Shown piece by piece: positions 21,497 through 31,058 of a stretch of DNA of 64,000 bases (the stretch's first letter is position 1; each line of letters begins with the position of its first letter). This DNA is from Corallochytrium limacisporum Hawaii. Taxonomy: Eukaryota > Protista > Pluriformea. The position numbers and the translations under genes are program-made. The notes beneath the pieces are model-generated. The model was not told the DNA's origin and did no database searches. It saw only the letters and a program-made list of their open reading frames with translations. The DNA lies in assembly GCA_002811645.1 (NCBI GenBank), contig PDIP01000085.1:38202-102201 (forward strand), written 5' to 3'.

Positions 21497-22789
21497 CGGA
21501 GGCAACTGGACAAAGAAAACGAAATGCTTCGCGATGAACTCGAGTCCATGGAGGTGCAGTTGGAGGAAGCGGTCAATAAGAAGGCCTCGCAGCATACTTC
21601 AAGTATAGTGCAATCGCTGACCAATCTGCGTCGCAAGTCACGCTCGGTGCAGTGGTCACGCGCCTCTTTGGCATCAATCGGAGCCGGTGGCATTGGTGTC
21701 GCCGGGGCGACTCAGACCACGACATCCATGGGCACCACTATTCAAGGGGAAGACCACTCACTGTGCGAAGCTGCCATTGAAGAGCTGGAGAAGACTCTGC
21801 GTGAACGTAGCGAGGAATTGAACAGATTTCGCGAAGAATTCACTTCCAATCAAGGACAAGCTTCCGTGAAGCAGGACGCTTGGGAAGCCCAGGACAGCCG
21901 CAAGCACACCCAACTGTGCCACAAGCTGCTCGGCATCTTGTCCGTCTTCGGCGAGGAAGTCAATACCGGCAACGATGTGGATGCACAAGTGCTCCTGCGT
22001 GCGTCAGAGTGCGTCACCAAGCAGCATGACGCGGTCATGAGGACGCGGGACCTCAATCGCAAGGTCAGGGACATGCAAATAACCATTCAAGGTCGGGAGG
22101 GCACTATGCACAGGCCACACAGTGCGAGACACCGTGAACAGCAGAACCGCTACGACCATGCCTACGAGAACCTGTGCAGTACGGAGCAGACTCAGAGCAA
22201 TGTCACTGTCACGGCCCTGCAACGTCAGACGGATCGCTTGACGGAACACGGATTGAGGAGAAGCAGATGCGTCTTAAGGATGAAACCCTAACACACAAAG
22301 ACGACATCATCCAGCGGCTAAACCAGCAGGTTGACAATCTACGAGATGTGGCTCCTGTGCCCGGTACCTCCAACCGTCTGCAGTCCACGAGCAGCCAAGA
22401 ACTTGCCCGCACACGGTCGCGCTCGGGCAATGCACAAGCCTTACCAGATATTAGGGCGGAAGGCATCCTGAAAAGCGCTAAATGTCGATCGCGACAAAGA
22501 GCTACCGACGGGCAATTCGGTGGAAGCCATGAAACAGATGAAAAAGCAGACGGAAGAGCTACGGGCTAAGAGTGTGGAGGCTTCTCAACAGTACGAGACC
22601 ATGCGTGCGGCTGTGGCCCGGTTGGTTGGGATTGATTCTCGAGGCCTGGATCCGTCAGACGACAGCAAGATCATATCTCGTGTGGATCAATTCGTTCGCG
22701 ATTGCCCGTGTTTCAATGACATGGTCATGTCTCTACAGGATCGATTGAGGCATTTTGAGAACGCCTCGATCAAGGCATCGCGTCCATGA
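21497..22789 (+). pseudogene. Frameshifted CCDC170-like coiled-coil gene
   Basis: One coiled-coil protein split over three track ORFs (21119, 22174, 22520). Breaks at about 22246-22249 (extra AC) and 22471-22474 (extra A). Segments DVDAQVLLRASECVTKQHDAV, TALQRQTDRLTE/RIEEKQM and RAAVARLVGID..DDSKIISRVDQFV recall the CCDC170 C-terminal half. Confidence 0.65.
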
Positions 22790-25300
22790 GAGAAGGCAGA
22801 CAAATTTTTGACTTACACTCCGAACATACATATCTCACTTGTGCGAACTCTTGCACGATTGACTCTCTGTAACAGGCGTCTATCACGTGGAGCAGAATGA
22901 AAACAGAGGGGGGGGGAGGGGGGGCTGTTGGGACGGTGGGGGTTGATTTCACTCACTTTCTGCTATTGTGAAACTACCACTGGGTGACCAAACGGTCTTT
23001 AACGTCGTCATTGGGCACTCCAGGAGAGAGACCAGGACGTTCATGCTAATGTACAAAAAAGGTTGGGTTGAATATCATTCTCCTGTTGAACATTGTTTGC
23101 CAGTTGCCGGCATTGCCATCTCCCACTGTGCATGTGTGGGTGTGTGAGACAGTGAGAGCAGGCTGGGCTGACTTTGGTCTATCGGCCAACTTTAGCAGTG
23201 TGTGCTCTCTTAGGAATGAAAATGGCCCATGATGAAGAATCCCTTTAGTCACCTCGGTTCCGCGCGTCCTGTGCTCGCTCCTTCATGCCCACATTGTGTG
23301 TGAACGTGATGCTGATGCCTCGCAGTGTCCCTTTCGTAGGGAGGCGATGTATCTCCCTCTGTGTGGTTTGCCGAACATTTACCGTGGCTGTCCGCTGCAG
23401 CCAGTACTTAGCTGCGGTTGCGGTCTACTCAACTGCGAGCGCCCCCCCCCCCAAGGGTGGTTCAAAAAAAGCCAGCGGAAATAAAACAGGCAAGTTGGTA
23501 GTGAATATCGCCACACGAAAGTCATCCAGAGTGTGCCCCCTCCGCCACCACCACCGTCCCTTTTTTCTTTTTTTTCTTTTTTCCCTGCTGTCTTGTGGCT
23601 TCCCTTTTTTCTTTCTGATGCATTTTTTTTTCTTGTTCCCTGGGGCCAAGGCTTCCAACAAACGAGGGAACTACTACTATGCAAAGGTTTGAGCCCCCCC
23701 CCCCCTCTTCTTCTTCCCGCGCCCAGGGTTGTTGGCCCGCTTTTCTCCCTGTGTTTCCTTTTGGCCCCTCTCCCCCACCAGCTCGCTTGTCGGCGCCTCG
23801 CGTGGTGTGCTGGTGCCCACTCAGTGCTCCCCGCCTTTCCAGCGGGGGAGGCCGGCCCGCGGGCAATGTTAGGCAAAAGGAGGAGAGGTTGATATCATCA
23901 CCACTGCTGGACAAAGCACAGCAGCGCGAAGCAGAAAGGTTAGTAGTATGCACATTGGAGAGCGAGGAGATGTACACACATGAAACCCGGTCAAAGGACT
24001 CTGCTCTGGAAACAAGTGAAGTATGGAGAGTAAGGATGGTCCTCCCGTACACACCTGAGGCGCCTATGAAAGTTCACGGCATATTTCAGCGACCAACGGA
24101 TGAAGCCATGTTTATCAGGAGCCACCCTCCCACCCATCCCTCCTGCTCACTCCGACAGCAGGCACACCTCATCAGCTCCCACTGCCAGCACAAGAGGCAT
24201 CGGGTACGTTGAAGGGCGCTGAACGATCGACGGTATCTGCAAACACCTGCGCACGCGTAGAACCAAAAGAGGATCTAGAGGTGCACCCGACGTACGACAA
24301 CAAATTGTCCACTGTTACATAACCTTGTGGCCTGCAGAGAGGAGAAGGATCTGTTCCTGTTCAACTCAGTGCTATAGCTGGTGGTGGTGAGGCACGAGCA
24401 ATGGCATCTCCTGGGGCTGCAGATGAAGCCAATCTGGGGCTGGGAGTAAATAGAAAATTCATTGTCAGGCCCGGCGAATCCGGGAATGTATTACGTAGAG
24501 GCGTCTTTGGCCAAACAGGGTGGCAATGCGAAGAAAGTTGTGCAGCCCAAAGTCAACGGGCCAGTGATGAATGATCACGGTAACTGGTCGTAATCCAGAG
24601 ATCGTCGATGATGCCGAATAACATAATACGCGTTTTATGCCCAAAATGCATCAATGACTTTACCATGTTACGTACTAAGTGTGGATGCTGAGCCTATGTG
24701 AATGGGCGGCCACGATTGGCTGCAATGCCAAGTACTAGAAATTGGGATACAGGAGGACCGACCTGGTGTGACAAGGGAGAGGTCCGTTCCGCTCTTGTGA
24801 ACGTGAACACGATGTGCAGTAATAGTAGTTCACACGAAATACAGCGCGAACACATCCACAATGTCGTCTGGCTCACCATTGTTCAATACACACAATAGCG
24901 AACTCCAACACCAACCGGACACAGGTTCCTATCGGTTGGTCGCCCGTGTGGTAGTGGCTGACCTTTCACACGTTTAATCATCATATGTTGGTTGCTCGAC
25001 GGTGATCATTCAGCGCCACCTGGGTTTCTTCAAAATGTGCACTCCCCCCCTTTCTCCCCAACGCCTGCCTGCTCATTGATCACCCAAATCCGCACTGTGT
25101 TCTATGAATAGTAGCTCGGTTGTAAATTCCCCACACCTCCTTACAACTTATTGGTTTTGGTGCCCGCCCCTCCTTGCTCCCCCTTTGACCCGCGGATGTA
25201 TTCTATGGGTTGTCGGGGTGCCCGCGATCGTACGTGCGCATGTGCTTCCATTGGGAGTTCGTGGGCACCGTAGTCTCCTTGGCCGGGGAAGGGGGGCCGG

Positions 25301-25327
25301 CTTCTCCTTCTCTCTCTCTCTCTCTGC

Positions 25328-25408
<81 letters not shown>

Positions 25409-25440
25409 TCTCTCTCTCTCTTCCTCTCTCTCTTCCTCTC
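25301..25440. repeat. Long imperfect (TC)n microsatellite
   Basis: Seen directly. Confidence 0.95.
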
Positions 25441-27606
25441 AAACCTTTCTCTCGCTTTCCCCAACGTCCCCCCTCCCTCCCCCGGTGCGCCCGCCTCCGT
25501 TCTTCCGTCCGCGTTTCCCGTCTCTCTCACCGGTTCTCTCGTACGACCGCCATTGGCAGAAAAAAATGTCGGGGCGTACTCATATGTTAAGTACTGAAAA
25601 TGGACATTGTGCAGAAACACCGGCGGAGTTTTGGGGGGGGGGGAATTTGTCTGGCCTTGGCCTCCCCCAGCGGGGAGGGGGGCTGTCGTGCCAGTTTTTC
25701 TCAAGCGGCAGAGTTTTCTTTTTTTCCCGAGACATTCGCACCGAAGGGACTCCTCCCCTGCCACTCCACGGCCCATTTCTCAGTGCCCAATCGCTTAAAC
25801 TACCGCAGCGGAGTCTTTCAGTCCGATCCGTTGCGATGCCCTCCCGCGGTCCCCATTCGCGGTGGAGCGGTCGAGGGTTGGGCGCACACACACACACACA
25901 CCCCTCTCCAGCCAGACCCGCTGGGTCCCCGCGGCGGGGAGGGGGGCCGCCTTTTTAACTATCGCAGAAGAACTGGGAAAAAAAAATTTTGACGGGGGGA
26001 CTGGGAACTGGGGAGATGGACATTGGGGGCCACATGGGATCGGGTCGTTTGCGCTGGGGGGTGAAGACACGTCCAACTACGGTGACGAGTGCAGTGCTAC
26101 ATGGTTGTTTGGATTTCATTGCGCTATCCTGTGCGAACTTTGGATCCACATGCATGTGTGGGACCCGGTGCCGTGTGGTGGTAGAGTCGTGTTGGCTCAT
26201 TATACGATGGGATTAGTAAGGAGCTATGGTCTTATGCTGCTATGACATGGTCCATATGGGGGGGGTTTGCACCCTCAGTGTGATTGTGCAACATCTTCGG
26301 GCATTGTGGACACCTATTTGTTAAGAAGTGCCCCAGAGATGGCCATGCACACCCACGTACGTATACACATAAGTAGAGAAAGGGAGAGCGAGAGGAAACT
26401 ACAGCGGAAGCACACCTTGCACCGAATGGAGTGCATGTGGCTGTACACACCACCCGCCCCATGTGAGACGCGATCGCATGTATCCCTCGCCCCATCCCCG
26501 CTTTGCCACACACTGAGTACTGCGAGGAGCTCCCTGTGTCGGCTGGTGGTTTGAAATCACGGGTCGGGCGAGGGGCGCACGGTTGGATTGGTAGTGCCGC
26601 TTCTTTTGACTTCTGGTCCGGTGTGAACTGGCAAAGTTGGACGGATGAACGTCACTGATGACCCCTTTCATCCGGCACACGAGGCCAACTGCGGAAGTTT
26701 TTTATTTCGGTTGTGCTTTGAACATCCACCTGCCATCGGCAACGTTTGCTCGCCAAGTGCTGTACGATGCAGTTTGATTTTTGAAAACCGGGATCAATTG
26801 GACTTGCAATATCGGATCCCACACACATACACACCCGTTTTATCCTTCTCCTTCCTCCCCAAAATTGCACTGAGCACAAGCATTGCCAAAGGACAAAGTA
26901 TTGTATGCGCACAAGTAACAGAACAGCACTTAACCACAAGAGAAAACCAATACATTCCACTTCCACAGCATTGCAACAATAATCATCCACAAGGGCATGC
27001 AACCGACCGCGGGTTCCAGAGGTGTGCCTTACTCTGCTGCCCTTTTCAAATTTCTGCTGTTGGATCCTGAGTGCGTATCTCCACCGTCCCGTCATTTTCT
27101 GACCCGCAGGGGACCCCGCCCCCCCGGGGCCGGAGCAACGAACGCGTCGTGCGCGGCTATGGCTCAGGAACCCGCCCCACGCACCCTCGGCGAAGGCGAA
27201 TGATTGGCTGGAGCACGGTAAAAATTAGGCCCCCGTTCTACACAGCCTGAGCAGTGGGGTATGGACGAAGCCCACTCTGTCAATTTCTCTGTGGCGAGCA
27301 ATGGGCGCCCATCTATGTGCGGTCTGGCGGGCCATCTGGGCGGGGTTTGCGGAAGCCGTTGAAGGGGCCGCGTTGAAGGCGAAGAAGTCCGTAGATCGTG
27401 ATCTGAATCGAACAAAACATGATCAAGATGGGGAAACTTTGTACACAGAACGCAAGGAATAGGAGAATGAAATGATCTATTCATAAATAGGTAGAGGAAC
27501 GCACGTTCAATACTTGATCAGAGGGTAAAGGGAAACCACTTTCGTGGATTCAGTTCAGATGTCCCACTACGTTCTGTGCTGTCTGCAATAGCGTTGCAGA
27601 GATTAA

Positions 27607-28581
27607 TCAGAGCTTGGAGAAAGTAGCTTTACTCTTCTGCATGAAGGCCATGACAGATTGGGGAATGTCCTCGGTCTGCAGCATTACAGAGTTCAGGGTG
27701 CAGACGTAGTCCAAACCCTCAGCCACGCTATGGTCGCGTGAGTAGTTCAGGACCTGTTTCGTGGTCTGCACACCAACAGGACCCTTGGTGGCGATCTCCT
27801 TGGCAAGCGTTAGCGCAGCTTCCATAGCATGGTCGCGGGTCTCGAACACGCGACCCACGAAGCCCCACTTTTCAGCCTCTTCGGCACTGAAGTTGCGAGC
27901 CGAATAGGCCAGCTCCCGCACCATAGAGTCGTTGCCAGTAATCTTGGGCACGCGCTGCAGGGTACCAACGTCGGCAGCAAGGCCTACATCAACTTCCTTG
28001 ATGTTCATAACACAGTCTTTGCTAGCGTAACGGATGTCAGCAGCAGAGATAAGGTCGATAGCGCCACCGATGGTGGCCCCATGGGTGACGGCGATAACGG
28101 GCTTGTGGCAGTTTTCCATGGCAGTAAAGCTGTCCTGCAACTTGGCGACTGCACGTTTGGTGATAATGGCTTTGCGAGCCGGATCATCACCCTTATAACC
28201 GTCCTGCCACACCGGGTTCACCATATCCTCAAGATCCAGACCTGCGCTAAAATGCTTGCCAGCTCCCGACACGATCACACAACGCCATTCCGGGTCATCA
28301 GCGATTTTTTGGAACACCTCACGGTACTCGACCCAGAAAGTCTTGTTCATGGTGTTCAGCTTTTTCGGGCGGTTCAGCTCGACATTCAGAACATAATCCG
28401 CCAAAGGCTTAACCGACAAAGTCTCGTAGTTACCGTATGCACTAGCGGCTTCCACAGCCTCAGTACTTAGATTGCGGACAGCACTCATGGTGATTGCTGG
28501 ATATATGGTCTTGGCTGCGAAGGTGCTAATAGGGGATCCGAGAGTCAAACGATTTGCTTGGCGCGCGACAAGTCTCAACAT
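27607..28581 (-). CDS. ECH1: Delta(3,5)-Delta(2,4)-dienoyl-CoA isomerase (crotonase family) with a mitochondrial presequence and PTS1
   Basis: Motifs LNRPKKLN, FSAGLDL, KPVIAVTHGATIGGAIDL, IKEVDVGLAADVGTLQR and YSRDHSV; ends in SKL; Arg-rich, acid-free N-terminus. Confidence 0.95.
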   Translation of the reverse strand: MLRLVARQANRLTLGSPISTFAAKTIYPAITMSAVRNLSTEAVEAASAYGNYETLSVKPLADYVLNVELNRPKKLNTMNKTFWVEYREVFQKIADDPEWRCVIVSGAGKHFSAGLDLEDMVNPVWQDGYKGDDPARKAIITKRAVAKLQDSFTAMENCHKPVIAVTHGATIGGAIDLISAADIRYASKDCVMNIKEVDVGLAADVGTLQRVPKITGNDSMVRELAYSARNFSAEEAEKWGFVGRVFETRDHAMEAALTLAKEIATKGPVGVQTTKQVLNYSRDHSVAEGLDYVCTLNSVMLQTEDIPQSVMAFMQKSKATFSKL

Positions 28582-29428
28582 TGGTAATGAAACCGTTCTT
28601 CGGTGCCATAGAGCATTGTTTTGTCAGCTTAATCGACACCGTTTCGTTAGCAAAGCAAGCCTCCTTAAATAGAACAGTCTGTCCAACACACACTTTATCA
28701 AAAATAGAATAGCATCTTGCGTTGCCAAGTGTAAGTATGGCATTACATCTATGAACTCAAGGCACCACAGAAGCCCCTTGTGTCAGGTGACTTACTCGGT
28801 TCGACAAGCCTTCAAGCTTGTCGGAGAGAATTGAACATCTGGAACGGTCGCAACAACCGAGGCGAGTATGCTGTGCAAGCCAAAACTAGGTTCGGATGTA
28901 TGCAGAAGCGCATCGAGATAGTGCAGCGAGGTTGGGAGCTCTTCCTGCACTTTTCTCTAACCCTTCGGACACCTCGAAAAATTGGTACTGTTAACACCGC
29001 TACCTGTATTCTTTCTTTAGCCTTGGGTGTGTCTTTTCACGAGCTTTGGGTTGATGAAATTCGGTCCATATGCATCAAACCGTCAGTACAACCACTGGCA
29101 CCTTCCATCGGCGCTCACGCCGGGCGTGCAAAAAGTCATTCATTTAGTACTGTGGTCGCAACCCCTCGTAGCGGTTCCGGTACACGGAAGTTTCCACCGA
29201 TTTCTATTTTTAGGCCCCTGCTTCAACCCGTTCCTCCGGTGCCTTTTGGCCCCCCCCTCCGTTCCTGGCTTTTGTTCAAGGCTCCCTCTTTGTTCTAAGG
29301 AGCCGTGCTTCCTTGGAATTATTCAATGAGGGCTTCAGCTACTATCCAATCGGTCGTTCAGTATTTAACTGCAATTTAGGGTTTCAGGTATACTGTGTTT
29401 GTGTTTTTGTTGCTCCTCGCTCTCTCTG

Positions 29429-29432
<4 letters not shown>

Positions 29433-29464
<32 letters not shown>
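29433..29464. repeat. (CT)n microsatellite
   Basis: Seen directly. Confidence 0.9.
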
Positions 29465-29468
<4 letters not shown>

Positions 29469-29878
29469 CCTTGGCTCTTCAACCCCACCGCCACACTCAG
29501 CAACGTACGTTTTGTTCGCAGTGTCGTTCCGCGTAGGGTCGGGCCTGTGTGTGTGTGCGCTTGCCACTTGTCGCTACGGGGAGAGCGGCGTCGGAACGGC
29601 GCGCAAAGAAAATTGCTTTTCTTTTTTTTTTTTTTTTTTTTGCTCTTTTGCCATTGCTGGCCCTTCGGGCCCGTAGCTTTCCCCCCCCCCTCCCACGGGC
29701 GCGCGTTTTGTGTGAGAGAAGGGGGAGAGAGAGTGAGGGCGGGAGGCGAAGTTTGCAAGTGAATCAGAGGCCGGTCTTTTCGAGGGACAGGACCCCGGGG
29801 GGACCGCGGTCCCAAGGCAAAACAGCGAGCCGCTCAGTAGCGAAAACACAGGGACTCGGCCACTCGGGGAGGGGTAAA

Positions 29879-29888
29879 CAGCCAATCA
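29879..29888 (+). promoter_or_regulatory. NF-Y-type CCAAT box upstream of CAPZA
   Basis: CAGCCAATCA in a GC-rich stretch about 270 bp before the ATG. Confidence 0.45.
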
Positions 29889-30155
29889 CGGGCAGGTGCC
29901 GGAGGGTGAAGGGGAGCTCACAACGGAGGGCGCGGGAGGCGATGAACTGTCCGAAGGAGAAACGATGAGGGCAAGTGGCTTGGGTACTTGAAGGTAATGC
30001 TTCATTCAGTATGAGCAATACATTCTGGAGTGCGTAGAAAAAGGTTTATAAGAGACGAGAGGAAGAAGGAAAGCGGTGGAAGTCAGCGTATCATTGGCAT
30101 AGCCACCCGTATTACAGAGACTGGACAGATTCCCAAACATTGGCTAGATCACAAG

Positions 30156-30983
30156 ATGGCAGGCAGAGAGGAAGCAGTCAAGAACCTGCTATGGCGGGCA
30201 CCTCCAGGAGAGTTCCAAGATGTATTGGGCAGTATCAAAACCGTGGTTCAAGACGACTCGTTGGTCGAATCTGCAGGCAAGGAAGCTTTCGTGCACAACT
30301 CTGAGCTTTACTTTAGCGAAACGCCGGTGGACGGTAGCAACAAGCCGGCCTTGGTCACTCCGTTCAATCGAGTAGAAGGAGAAGATGAATACTATGACCC
30401 CCGGTCGGGCATGAAGTTCCGTTTCGATCACGTACAGAAGGCTGCCGCAGACTTTGAAGAGTTTGGCAACTCCGGGAAAGATGACCAAAAGCGTTTAGCG
30501 ATTGAGAAGGCCGTGGATAACTACGTCACTGAGTATTACACCGGTGGTAATGCCACGGTGGTTCAGGTCGATGAGAATACCTATGTGATCTGCGTCAAGG
30601 GTCAGCGATTCAACAGCCAGAACTTTTGGAACGGTGCCTGGGCCAACACGTACCGCATCGACTTGACCAAGAAGGAAATTCAGGGAGAGCTCCGAATTGT
30701 CGTGCACTACTTTGAGGACGGCAATGTTCAACTACACGCCTCCAAGGATGTCTCCGGGTCTGTGACGGCTACTGATGCTGACGGCATTGCCAACGACGCA
30801 GTCAACATGCTGAAGAAGGAAGAGACTGCCTACCAAAACGCTTTGTCCGAGACCTACAGTGACCTCAGCCAGGGTACCTTCAAGAGTCTGCGGCGGCAGC
30901 TGCCTGTCACCCGCGAACTCATCGACTGGGGCAAGATCTCAAGCTACAGGGTGGGTAAGGATCTGCCCGGCGGCGGATCGTAA
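30156..30983 (+). CDS. CAPZA: F-actin capping protein alpha subunit
   Basis: Motifs APPGEF, YYDPR, NFWNGAW, VHYFEDGNVQL and FKSLRRQLPVTR..IDWGKI..YRVG; ATG at 30156 (aagATGg). Confidence 0.96.
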   Translation: MAGREEAVKNLLWRAPPGEFQDVLGSIKTVVQDDSLVESAGKEAFVHNSELYFSETPVDGSNKPALVTPFNRVEGEDEYYDPRSGMKFRFDHVQKAAADFEEFGNSGKDDQKRLAIEKAVDNYVTEYYTGGNATVVQVDENTYVICVKGQRFNSQNFWNGAWANTYRIDLTKKEIQGELRIVVHYFEDGNVQLHASKDVSGSVTATDADGIANDAVNMLKKEETAYQNALSETYSDLSQGTFKSLRRQLPVTRELIDWGKISSYRVGKDLPGGGS

Positions 30984-31058
30984 GCGATAGTACACACACG
31001 AGCTGTAAACAATACAAGACAGTCACTAGAGTCACATATAACCGCATAGGCATTTCTT

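Noticed and set aside
24563-24691. C/D snoRNA candidate (AGTGATGA...CTGA)
   Set aside because: No terminal stem and no recognisable rRNA-complementary guide.
25104-25958. ORFs encoding (SL)n or (RE)n; likewise at 8585-8981, 29313-29968 and 38540-39184
   Set aside because: Translations of (TC)n/(GA)n microsatellites and homopolymer tracts.
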